Assembly (NCBI GenBank): GCA_023248545.1
Contig: JAHFEF010000004.1
Coordinates: 22,043-86,042, forward strand
Length of the DNA stretch: 64,000 nt
From: Myxococcales bacterium
GTDB lineage: Bacteria; Myxococcota; UBA727; JABDBI01
Direction of reading: 5' to 3'
Shown: piece after piece, positions 56,346 to 64,000 of the stretch
Layout of the letters: each line of letters starts with the position of its first letter
How positions within the stretch are numbered: the stretch's first letter is position 1
Made by a program: the position numbers and the translations under genes
The notes under the pieces: generated by a model
The model's database searches: none
What the model was told of the DNA's origin: nothing
What the model saw: the letters and a program-made list of their open reading frames with translations, nothing else

Positions 56346-57083
56346 ATGTTAGAAATCAAAAATCTGAAAGTGAATATCGGCGATAAGCCTATCTTAAAAG
56401 GCGTCTCACTCAAGATAAAACCGGGTGAAGTCCACGCCATCATGGGCCCCAATGGATCAGGCAAAAGCACACTCAGTCAAGTTTTGGCCGGTCACTCTGA
56501 TTACCAAGTCACGCACGGGAGCGTGACTTTTAAGGGCCATGATTTGCTCAAGCAGGCCCCAGAGGAGCGCGCTCTAAACGGCCTGTTTTTGGCGTTCCAG
56601 TATCCGGTCGAAATTCCGGGTGTGAATAATACGTATTTTCTCAAAGCAGCGCTCAATGCCAAACGCAAAACGCAAAATCTCCCAGAGTTAGATGCCTTAG
56701 ATTTTTTGAAGTTAATCAAAGAAAAAATGGCGCTCTTAAAAATGGACGAAGCGTTTTTGCAACGCAGCGTGAACGAGGGCTTTTCGGGCGGTGAGAAAAA
56801 ACGCAACGAGGCGCTCCAAATTGCGCTTCTAGAACCCGACTTAGCGATTTTAGACGAAACAGATTCTGGATTAGATATCGACGCGCTCAAGATTGTCGCC
56901 GAGAGCATCAATGCCCTTCGAAGCCCCAAGCGCAGTTTTTTATTGGTCACGCATTATCAGAGACTACTTGATTATATTATCCCAGATTATGTGCATGTAT
57001 TGCAAAACGGGCAGATTACGCAGTCCGGCGGAAAAGAATTGGCCTTAGAACTTGAGCAGAGTGGTTATGAAAATCCGCGTTAA
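56346..57083 (+). CDS. sufC: Fe-S cluster assembly ATPase SufC
   Basis: MLEIKNLKV..., [31 protein letters not shown]. Confidence 0.95.
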   Translation: MLEIKNLKVNIGDKPILKGVSLKIKPGEVHAIMGPNGSGKSTLSQVLAGHSDYQVTHGSVTFKGHDLLKQAPEERALNGLFLAFQYPVEIPGVNNTYFLKAALNAKRKTQNLPELDALDFLKLIKEKMALLKMDEAFLQRSVNEGFSGGEKKRNEALQIALLEPDLAILDETDSGLDIDALKIVAESINALRSPKRSFLLVTHYQRLLDYIIPDYVHVLQNGQITQSGGKELALELEQSGYENPR

Positions 57084-57681
57084 AGAAGGCGAGATATTAA
57101 GGGGCCGGGGCGAGGGTCAATATGAACTCGAAGCCAACTCACACCTCGAACTCACCCAAATCACATTTGCCGACACCAATTTATCTCAAACTTTCGAAAT
57201 TGTTTTTCTAGGCGAAGGAGCCTCCTGCAATCTATCGTTTTTAGATTTAGCTAAAAATTCTGGGCACTTAGAATCGATCATTCATGTTAAGCATCAGGTT
57301 CCGAATTGCAAAAGTGTCTTGGTACACAAGGGTCTTTACAACGACGCTGCGCAGGGAACTTTCAAAGCCATGGTTGAAGTGGCTCCCCATGCACTCGATA
57401 CAGACGCCTCGCAACTACATCGAAGCTTGCTCTTATCCCCGACGGCAAAAGTTCACGCAGAGCCGCATTTGCAAATCCAGGCAGACGCCGTCAAATGCAA
57501 ACATGGCGTGAGCATTGGGCAATTGGACGACAAAGCTTTATTCTATCTTAAAACCCGTGGCCTCGACGAACCAACAGCCCGGCGTTTTTTAATTCAAGGC
57601 TTCGCCAAAGAAATATTAGATCACATCCCAGACGTCGAATCACGCGCCCAACTTGAACAACAGGTGTTCGCATGGATATAA
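57067..57681 (+). CDS. sufD: SufD, short form (C-terminal beta-helix/helical part only)
   Basis: About 205 aa versus about 420 aa typical. [77 protein letters not shown]. Confidence 0.75.
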   Translation: MKIRVKEGEILRGRGEGQYELEANSHLELTQITFADTNLSQTFEIVFLGEGASCNLSFLDLAKNSGHLESIIHVKHQVPNCKSVLVHKGLYNDAAQGTFKAMVEVAPHALDTDASQLHRSLLLSPTAKVHAEPHLQIQADAVKCKHGVSIGQLDDKALFYLKTRGLDEPTARRFLIQGFAKEILDHIPDVESRAQLEQQVFAWI

Positions 57682-58850
57682 GAAGCCAATTCCCCGTATT
57701 AAATCAGCAGGTTCATGGCAAGCGCTTGGTGTATTTAGACAGTGCCGCGACGTCGCTCAAGCCATTATCCGTCACAGAAGCCGAGCGCCAGTATGAACAA
57801 GAATATTGCGCCAACATACACCGTGGCGTTCATGCGCTGAGCGAGAAAGCAACGCTGGCGTATGAAAGTGTTCGAACACAAGCCCAGCAGTTTTTAAATA
57901 CGCGTTCTGAGCGTGAAATTATTTTCACGTCGGGCACCACGCAGGGCATCAACTTGGTGGCCTATTCCTATGGCCGCAAATTCTTAAAACCTGGCGATGA
58001 AATCTGGATATCGAGTTTAGAACACCACTCTAATATCGTCCCCTGGCAGGTCCTGTGCCAAGAAATTGGCTGCATTCTCAAAGTGATTCCCCTGGGTCAC
58101 ACCGGCGATCTCAAGTTTTCGAAAAAATCTAAGCTGCTAGCAATCGCGTACGCATCGAATGCCTTAGGCATATTCAACCCAGTGCAAGATTGGATCGCCC
58201 AAGCCAAGGCCCATCATATGGCCGTCTTGATCGACGCTGCTCAAGCCGCGCCGCATATCCAACTCGATGTCCAAAAACTAGATTGCGATTTCTTGGTATT
58301 CTCGGGCCATAAAATCTACGGCCCCACTGGTACTGGCGTGCTTTATGGCCGCGAGACTTTGTTAGAGCAAATGCCTCCGTATCAAACGGGCGGCGATATG
58401 ATCGAACATGTGAACTTCGAAAAAACGACTTATGCCAAGCTGCCGGCTAAATTTGAGGCCGGAACGCCCAATATCTCTGGTGTTATTGGACTTGGCGCAG
58501 CGATCGAGTTTTTATTTTCCCCCTTTGAAAAAGGGGGATTAAGGGGGATTTCTGACTACGCCAAACAACGCCTCTTAGAAATCCCCGGCATCCAACTCTT
58601 TGGCGACGTCCCAGAAAAATTACCCATCTGGTCTTTCTTACTCGGCGATATTCACCCGCATGATATCAGCTCAATTATAGACCAAGAGGGCGTCGCTGTA
58701 CGGGCAGGGCACTTGTGCACGCAGCCACTCATGAAGCTGCTCGGCGTGCCTGCTCTTGTACGTGCCTCTCTAGGTGTTTATAATACCCGTGAAGACATCG
58801 ACGCCCTAATCACAGCTCTATACAAAGTCAAACAGGTGTTTCGATGCTAG
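57672..58850 (+). CDS. sufS: cysteine desulfurase SufS (group II)
   Basis: YLDSAATSLKP, NIHRGVH, SGHKIYGPTGTGVLY (PLP Lys), RAGHLCTQP (catalytic Cys). Contains hairpin element copy D. Confidence 0.9.
   Translation: MDIRSQFPVLNQQVHGKRLVYLDSAATSLKPLSVTEAERQYEQEYCANIHRGVHALSEKATLAYESVRTQAQQFLNTRSEREIIFTSGTTQGINLVAYSYGRKFLKPGDEIWISSLEHHSNIVPWQVLCQEIGCILKVIPLGHTGDLKFSKKSKLLAIAYASNALGIFNPVQDWIAQAKAHHMAVLIDAAQAAPHIQLDVQKLDCDFLVFSGHKIYGPTGTGVLYGRETLLEQMPPYQTGGDMIEHVNFEKTTYAKLPAKFEAGTPNISGVIGLGAAIEFLFSPFEKGGLRGISDYAKQRLLEIPGIQLFGDVPEKLPIWSFLLGDIHPHDISSIIDQEGVAVRAGHLCTQPLMKLLGVPALVRASLGVYNTREDIDALITALYKVKQVFRC
58515..58554. repeat. G/C-tract hairpin element, copy D (inside sufS)
   Basis: ttttccccctttgaaaaagggggattaagggggatttctg. 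Translated as FSPFEKGGLRGIS. Differs from copy C by only a few bases. Confidence 0.8.
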
Positions 58851-59254
58851 AAGATTTATACCAAGAGCTGATTTTAGATCACAACCAGCATCCACATCAT
58901 TATGGCGAGTTGCCTGCTTACACCCATACAGCTCACGGTCACAATCCATTATGTGGGGATGAACTTGATGTCTATTTGATTCTGGAAAATAATCGCATCC
59001 AAAATATTACTTTTACTGGCCAAGGCTGCGCCATCTCGAAAGCTTCAGCTTCGATGATGACCGACGAATTACTGGGTAAAACGCTTGAAGAAGCCCAAGA
59101 GCTCTTCGAAAACTTTCATGAGCTGCTCACAAAAGAAGGCGCCACAGGCAAGAAGCTTCAAAAAGCCCAGGTATTTGCTGGTGTGAGGGAGTTTCCTATT
59201 CGCGTCAAATGCGCCACGCTGGCTTGGCATACTTTTCAAGAGGCAAAATCATAA
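58844..59254 (+). CDS. sufU: SUF-system NifU/IscU-like scaffold SufU
   Basis: GHNPLCGDELDVYL, GQGCAISKASASMMTD, RVKCATLAW. Confidence 0.85.
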   Translation: MLEDLYQELILDHNQHPHHYGELPAYTHTAHGHNPLCGDELDVYLILENNRIQNITFTGQGCAISKASASMMTDELLGKTLEEAQELFENFHELLTKEGATGKKLQKAQVFAGVREFPIRVKCATLAWHTFQEAKS

Positions 59255-59796
59255 TGCATATGTATGGCGGCGGCCTAAATGTTCAATTAACCCGAGATTG
59301 CAAGGCGATTCAAATCCCGAATGGGGAAACCATGACGCTCGAGCAGGGCCATGAAGTTTATATTACCCAAGTTTTGGGCGGCATGTTCACCGTCGAAACC
59401 GAATGGGGCTATTTGGTCAGAATTGATGGCCAAGATGCTGACGCCTTAGGCCAAGAAATTCCCAAAGAACGCCAAAAACCAGACTGGTCGCAATTCGCCA
59501 GCTTAGAAGATGCTGCCTGGTCGCAACTTAAAACCTGCTACGACCCCGAAATCCCGGTGAATATTGTCGAACTCGGCTTGGTCTATAAGCTCGAAATCGT
59601 TGGGCATGATTTGCGCGTCCAAATGACCCTTACAGCCCCAGGCTGCGGCATGGGTGAAGTTTTAAAGACAGACATTGAAACCAAATTGCTGGATATCCCA
59701 GGCATCGAATCTGTAACAATCGATTTGACTTTCGATCCGCCCTGGAGCAGCGAAATGATGTCCGATGCAGCCAGACTGCAACTCGGAATGATGTAA
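59254..59796 (+). CDS. sufT: SufT-like Fe-S assembly protein (DUF59 with N-terminal extension)
   Basis: ATG 59254 (TAATG overlap with sufU). LKTCYDPEIPVNIVELGLVY...LTAPGCGMG. Confidence 0.6.
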   Translation: MHMYGGGLNVQLTRDCKAIQIPNGETMTLEQGHEVYITQVLGGMFTVETEWGYLVRIDGQDADALGQEIPKERQKPDWSQFASLEDAAWSQLKTCYDPEIPVNIVELGLVYKLEIVGHDLRVQMTLTAPGCGMGEVLKTDIETKLLDIPGIESVTIDLTFDPPWSSEMMSDAARLQLGMM

Positions 59797-59840
59797 ATCG
59801 TTGCGGCTACCAACAAAAAGCTCCCATCAACACGGCAGGC

Positions 59841-61079
59841 TTGAATCTGAGCTATCATGTATCTGATATGCTCAAACACATTGAATTCGAGAGGCATGGC
59901 ACACCCGATTCTGACACTGAACAACGTTCCATCTCTCCCGGAGGTGTGACCGATGATGATACTGAGTTAAACACCCCCTCTACGCAACGATCTTTGTCGC
60001 CGGTAGCGCCGGAGAGGCTGAAAAGTCCAGTGATGCCCAGTGCTGATCTGAGCTCACAAGAAATCAGACGTTTGTCGAACGAGATAGCCCACCAACCTGA
60101 CATTGATCCGGATTTTGCTCACTATGCAGGCCTGGAGTTATTGGCGCGGCATTTGGCATACGCCGAATCTTTGCCGCTGGGATCAAAAGTGGATCTGATG
60201 GTCAATGGGCGGCCAGTCACTTATCAATACCGTGAATCAGCCCAGTTTGGCAGAAGCCTGATTGAGGGCCATATGACGGCCATGGCCCTGACACCGGAGC
60301 AGGAAGATGATCCATCCCCACCGATTATCCTGTTCCATGGAACAGTAGTGGATCCTTTATCGCATCGATGGGCGGGGAACACCTGGCTCAGCAATTTTGA
60401 CCCGCGGGGAATTGGCCGAAGCTTGTTAAATTGGCGAGGGACAGGTCTGGATGAGCAGGTGAATAACTTTTTTGATAGATACACAGGGAGAGGAAGCCAC
60501 AAGGCCATCGTAGTAGGCCATAGTTTGGGAGGCACTCTGGCTAACTTGGCAGCCATTTATAAGCCCAATTGCATAGAAAAAACGGTGACGTTTAACGCTC
60601 CGGCCGTTCATTGGTATGCCAAGCAGCAGGCGGATTCAACGCCTCACCAGCAGCGGCCTAAAGTTTGGCGATTCGAACCAGCCATCAACGGCGCGCCTGC
60701 AGACTTCATTGCCCAATTGGGTTCTCGTAAAGACGGCGCAACCATTTTGATGAATACTCCACCGACAACAACTTTGGGGGCTCATTCAGCCCCTCTGTTT
60801 TTGAACAATGCGCCGTTCGTGAATGAAGGGCCGGGTACTTTTTCGGAACGCCTCACGCGGGCAGAGAAGGCAGGTCAAGCACTCACGCAGCATTTTAATG
60901 AACAACGCCCTTATTGGAGAAATCTTTTTCCTGCCCATGGGAGTTTGGCTGTACAAACAATAGGTTCTTGGTTCGCTTATCCTCTGACCGGTGCTGTGCT
61001 AAAAGTCTTTAGGCCTGTGATAGGGGCCTTTAGGACCATCAGAGTTCTTGGCCGTTCCGGACGAGGTTTGATAAAATAA
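59841..61079 (+). CDS. lipase-like alpha/beta hydrolase with disordered Ser/Pro/Asp-rich N-terminus (effector-like)
   Basis: Nucleophile elbow AIVVGHSLGGTLANLAA (GHSLGG, class-3-lipase-like). TTG start in the track, first ATG at 59868. No signal peptide. Confidence 0.6.
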   Translation: MNLSYHVSDMLKHIEFERHGTPDSDTEQRSISPGGVTDDDTELNTPSTQRSLSPVAPERLKSPVMPSADLSSQEIRRLSNEIAHQPDIDPDFAHYAGLELLARHLAYAESLPLGSKVDLMVNGRPVTYQYRESAQFGRSLIEGHMTAMALTPEQEDDPSPPIILFHGTVVDPLSHRWAGNTWLSNFDPRGIGRSLLNWRGTGLDEQVNNFFDRYTGRGSHKAIVVGHSLGGTLANLAAIYKPNCIEKTVTFNAPAVHWYAKQQADSTPHQQRPKVWRFEPAINGAPADFIAQLGSRKDGATILMNTPPTTTLGAHSAPLFLNNAPFVNEGPGTFSERLTRAEKAGQALTQHFNEQRPYWRNLFPAHGSLAVQTIGSWFAYPLTGAVLKVFRPVIGAFRTIRVLGRSGRGLIK

Positions 61080-61089
61080 TAACAGCCTC

Positions 61090-61279
61090 TCTTGCCAACT
61101 GCACTTCGTTACGGCAATTCTCTCGAGATAACGGGGTGTAGCTCAGCTTGGTAGAGCGCTTGGTTCGGGACCAAGAGGCCGCATGTTCAAATCATATCAC
61201 CCCGAGATTTCTACCTTTGGCTTCACCCGCGGTGTAATCTCCCTCTGCGCCTGTTCCATCTCAGTTTGGAGCAATTGGC
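61090..61279 (+). repeat. duplicate B1: tRNA-Pro plus about 40 nt upstream and about 70 nt of polA-like 3' end
   Basis: Matches 62252..62441 at a constant offset of 1162 nt. I count 6 mismatches over the first 170 nt. Identity decays over the last 20 nt. Confidence 0.9.
61132..61205 (+). tRNA. tRNA-Pro (CGG), duplicated copy with a C50-A64 mismatch in the T stem (possibly decaying)
   Basis: CGGGGTGTAGCTCAGCTTGGTAGAGCGCTTGGTTCGGGACCAAGAGGCCGCATGTTCAAATCATATCACCCCGA. Clean cloverleaf except that the T-stem 3' strand is CATAT instead of CATGT. Confidence 0.75.
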
Positions 61280-61304
61280 CAGATTGCAACTTGGAATGAT
61301 GTAA
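61278..61304 (+). repeat. duplicate A': relic of the last 8 codons plus stop of sufT
   Basis: gccagattgcaacttggaatgatgtaa versus 59770..59796 gccagactgcaactcggaatgatgtaa (25/27). Both read ARLQLGMM*. Confidence 0.75.
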
Positions 61305-61342
61305 GTTGACATTAAAAAAGCCTATCGACTAGAATATTCATT

Positions 61343-62239
61343 ATGAAACTGGTTTTATCGCTGATTGCGATTGCTTTTTTTTCGAGTTGTGGCTCTGGGA
61401 CGTCATCTGGCGGACCCTCTGTGTCGACGGGCGCTTCGACCAAGTTTGCGCTGACGCCTGCAAAAACGCTGACAAACTCAAGTGTCATTCTTCAATCGAT
61501 TACACTCAATGACGATGGAACTGGAACGCTGGTTGTTTCAGAACCCCCGAATACCTATACGTTTGCACTGAATTACCTGTTCGACACAGGAAGTTTTAGT
61601 TCAATTAACACCAGCGACTCTGTGACCGTCACGTCTTCAGACAACAGCTCGGCGCCAGCTCAAATATCGCGTCAAGCCGCTGGAATAGGAAATATCAAAG
61701 GCTATCTCCAATTTGTCATCAAAGGCGCCTATTACTCAGTAAAAGCTTATTTCCACTATACAAACCAAGTGGGCGGCTCCACGCTCCAACAGGCCATCGA
61801 TGATCGGCCTCAAGATATGCAATACAATGGCTCTGCCACGGTCACAACGCCTGCTGCATGCGATCCAACAACGCTGGATACTGCGACGACAGCTACCCTT
61901 AAAAACTGTTGTGTTTATACACAAGACGATTTGAAAATCCTTAACCACCCAAGTTGCCAGTCTTGCAGAACGGATCCAACTTGTTTGGGAACAGCAACAA
62001 CAACTACTACTACTACAACAACTACAAATGTCTGGCCCAAGTGCACAACGTGTAACATTGAGTTCCAGGCCAATTTCAGCCTCAACAGCATCTTTTTTGT
62101 CACTGCGACAGCCAATTCCTCAGGAACCTACCAAAGCTCAAGCTATGGTTGCAGCGGTGCAGATTGCAACGCCATCAAAACTTGCCTTCTGCAAAACAGC
62201 ACCTTAAAAAACCAGTACATTGGGTATACCTGTCAATAA
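61343..62239 (+). CDS. hypothetical lipoprotein with Thr10 tract and Cys-rich C-terminus
   Basis: MKLVLSLIAIAFFSSCGSG (lipobox). ACA/ACT run at 61997..62026 encodes TTTTTTTTTT. Confidence 0.6.
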   Translation: MKLVLSLIAIAFFSSCGSGTSSGGPSVSTGASTKFALTPAKTLTNSSVILQSITLNDDGTGTLVVSEPPNTYTFALNYLFDTGSFSSINTSDSVTVTSSDNSSAPAQISRQAAGIGNIKGYLQFVIKGAYYSVKAYFHYTNQVGGSTLQQAIDDRPQDMQYNGSATVTTPAACDPTTLDTATTATLKNCCVYTQDDLKILNHPSCQSCRTDPTCLGTATTTTTTTTTTNVWPKCTTCNIEFQANFSLNSIFFVTATANSSGTYQSSSYGCSGADCNAIKTCLLQNSTLKNQYIGYTCQ

Positions 62240-62251
62240 TAGCAATTCAAG

Positions 62252-62441
62252 TCTTGCCAAAACCACTTCGTTACGGCAATTCTCTCGAGATAACGGGGTG
62301 TAGCTCAGCTTGGTAGAGCGCTTGGTTCGGGACCAAGAGGCCGCATGTTCAAATCATGTCACCCCGAGATTTCTGCCTTCGGCTTCACCCGCGGTGTAAT
62401 CTCCCTCTGCGCCTGTTCCATTTCTGTTTGCAACAACCGGC
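62252..62441 (+). repeat. duplicate B2 (the copy contiguous with the intact polA-like gene)
   Basis: See B1. Confidence 0.9.
62294..62367 (+). tRNA. tRNA-Pro (CGG)
   Basis: Same as the copy at 61132 but with an intact T stem (GCATG/CATGT). Anticodon loop TTCGGGA. No encoded CCA. The last 9 nt overlap the stop region of the convergent polA-like ORF. Confidence 0.9.
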
Positions 62442-63444
62442 TAATAGCTTCAGTGTCCTGCTCTAAGCACTCGACCACTAATTCGTCGTGAATCATGTTG
62501 ACTAAAAAAGCATTTTGAAAAGACGCGAGGCCATTGTGAATGCGCACCATGGCCAGCTTGCAAATCTCAGCAGCCGTACCCTGAATCGGCATGTTTTTGG
62601 CAATGCGTGAGATATCTTGTGTCTTGTCTAAATAGAGCCGCCGACCCAGGCGTGTTTCAGCATAGCCCCGGGTATAAGCCAGATGAACACAGGAATCTAA
62701 ATAAGATTTAATGGCCGCATGCTTTTTGAAATATTGGTCCAATAACTGCTGAGCTTCATGCACAGAAACAGAAAGACTGCGCGCCAGAGAGTTTGCCCCC
62801 ATGCCATAAATCAACCCAAAATTAATCGCCTTGGCTTTGTCTCGATATTTGATATCGCCAAATAAGTCTTGGGCTACTTGGCCATGCAAATCTAAATCTT
62901 GTTCAAAAGCTTTTAGAAAAACAGGATCTCCTGAAAAATCGGCTAAAATACGCAGCTCACACGCCGCGTAGTCTGCTTTCACTAATTTTTTGCCCGCTGG
63001 GGCGATCAAACACGCTTGAAAACGTGAATCAGAAGGCAAGTTTTGAATATTAGGAGAGTGACAGGCGACTCGACCCGTCGACGTCCCCTCCGGTTCAAAT
63101 GTCGCATGAATACGCCAAGTCTGGGGGTGAATGTATTCTAGAAAATTATGGCCATAGGTGCCGATTAATTTGGCTGCTTCGCGGTATTTTTTCAAAGCCC
63201 TCTGAGCTTCCTCGAGACAGTCGACACGCTGAAGTGCCTGTGTGACTTCCAACGGGCTATCCAAGTTCAAAGTCGATTCGCCAAACAAATCCAAATGCTG
63301 CGGACCGGCTAGAAGCTTTGAGGCCGTCTCGCGAGCATCTCGCATTTGAGCACGAACTTCATCGAGCACACTCTGCCACCGCTCACGATGAACATAGAGC
63401 CCATGAGCACTCATGCTCCTAAAGATTAGATTAAGTCGTTCCAA
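62359..63444 (-). CDS. stand-alone family A (Pol I-type) DNA polymerase domain, no exonuclease domains
   Basis: 361 aa. Motif A VKADYAACELRILADFSGD, motif B RDKAKAINFGLIYGMG, motif C LVNMIHDELVVEC. The upstream gene is unrelated. Confidence 0.75.
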   Translation of the reverse strand: MERLNLIFRSMSAHGLYVHRERWQSVLDEVRAQMRDARETASKLLAGPQHLDLFGESTLNLDSPLEVTQALQRVDCLEEAQRALKKYREAAKLIGTYGHNFLEYIHPQTWRIHATFEPEGTSTGRVACHSPNIQNLPSDSRFQACLIAPAGKKLVKADYAACELRILADFSGDPVFLKAFEQDLDLHGQVAQDLFGDIKYRDKAKAINFGLIYGMGANSLARSLSVSVHEAQQLLDQYFKKHAAIKSYLDSCVHLAYTRGYAETRLGRRLYLDKTQDISRIAKNMPIQGTAAEICKLAMVRIHNGLASFQNAFLVNMIHDELVVECLEQDTEAISRLLQTEMEQAQREITPRVKPKAEISG

Positions 63445-64000
63445 AGACTAACACACTGCTGAAAATGGCAGGTCCCCCTTTGGGTTTAGCGAAAACAAGG
63501 CGCAACAAAATGCTCTTGATACAATCCATGACTTCACGTTCTCTTAAGGTATCTTCGATGAATTTTACATCGAGAACTTGGCCTTGGTCGCTGACGCTGA
63601 TTTCATAGCCAATTTTCCCAGCCAATTGAGGATTATTTCGCAAGGCCCGCTCATAGCAACGTGTGAAGCTGCTGTTCTTACGGGTAATTACCCCGAGCAC
63701 AGAAGCTGGATCCTCGTTTCCAGACACCAAACTGCCTTCGGAACTGCGAACTCTTGGAGTCGGGATATCATAGCCTTGACGCCCCCCGGACTCAACCGTT
63801 CCGGAAGAAGTTGAAGCAATGCCTCCAATGTCTTCGGGGCCCCCAGAACCAGACCCGCTCCCTCCCCCAGACCCCTTCAAGGCTTGTCGCGATATATTTG
63901 AACTGTTGGCGAGCTCGACGCGTTGTTTGCCTTCCATGACAGAACCCAAATTATCACTGACTCTGCCCGAACCCGATGAGAATACGTTGGCCACACCTGA
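63431..64000 (-). CDS. AgmX/PglI- or TonB-C-like C-terminal domain protein, partial (N-terminus beyond right edge)
   Basis: Gly/Ser-rich linker, then ...VITRKNSSFTRCYERALRNNPQLAGKIGYEISVSDQGQVLDVKF...CIKSILLRLVFAKPKGGPAIFSSVLVF. The frame stays open to the window end. Confidence 0.45.
   Translation of the reverse strand, partial: SGVANVFSSGSGRVSDNLGSVMEGKQRVELANSSNISRQALKGSGGGSGSGSGGPEDIGGIASTSSGTVESGGRQGYDIPTPRVRSSEGSLVSGNEDPASVLGVITRKNSSFTRCYERALRNNPQLAGKIGYEISVSDQGQVLDVKFIEDTLREREVMDCIKSILLRLVFAKPKGGPAIFSSVLVFGTT

Noticed and set aside
61091-61131. A promoter for tRNA-Pro (TTGCCA ... CAATTC) inside the duplicated segment.
   Set aside because: The -35-like hexamer is present in both copies, but no convincing -10 lies at a proper spacing.
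61080-62441. A prophage or integrative element at tRNA-Pro.
   Set aside because: The interval between the two tRNA copies is only ~1.1 kb. It holds a single lipoprotein gene and no integrase, excisionase or phage genes. The duplication also extends on both sides of the tRNA, unlike a classical att site.

Overview
This is a gene-dense bacterial chromosomal window with about 70 protein genes on both strands and 3 tRNA genes. There is no rRNA, no CRISPR array, and no integrase or transposase. The backbone is ordinary housekeeping. It includes nucleotide salvage (tdk, upp-like, hpt), asnS, infC-rpmI-rplT-pheST, an aminotransferase next to a type II glutamine synthetase, mrp, pyrG, rsmE, murA, tatA, prmC, a rearranged F1Fo ATP synthase (atpDC separate from b'-b-delta-alpha-gamma), and a sufBCDSUT operon. 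AmpG, TatA, a beta-barrel protein with a C-terminal aromatic residue, CarD/CdnL, b plus b' stalk subunits, an AgmX/PglI-type C-terminal domain and a Cys-rich DUF1554-like protein point to a Gram-negative, possibly Bdellovibrionota/Myxococcota-like organism. I cannot assign taxonomy from sequence alone. The striking signal is a set of eukaryote-like, effector-type genes wedged between conserved operons. (1) A 694-aa protein combines a Pho80/PCL-type cyclin-like box with a CDK-like kinase that keeps a PSTAIRE-type helix. It sits in a 2.6-kb low-GC islet flanked by roughly 40-bp imperfect direct repeats. (2) A 1136-aa protein has a PARP-like ADP-ribosyltransferase core followed by about 16 near-identical 31-aa HEAT repeats (93-bp tandem DNA repeats). 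(3) A 781-aa protein has an OTU-type cysteine protease signature (DGNC...GHY) and a roughly 550-aa coiled coil. (4) A GHSLGG lipase-like protein lies in a cassette structure created by nested duplications of tRNA-Pro(CGG), the polA-like 3' end and the sufT 3' end. Independently, a roughly 40-nt G5/C5 hairpin repeat occurs four times inside three housekeeping CDSs (rluA-like, rsmE twice, sufS) and is translated in frame, reminiscent of Rickettsia palindromic elements. All functional calls come from motif recognition by eye. No database search was run.
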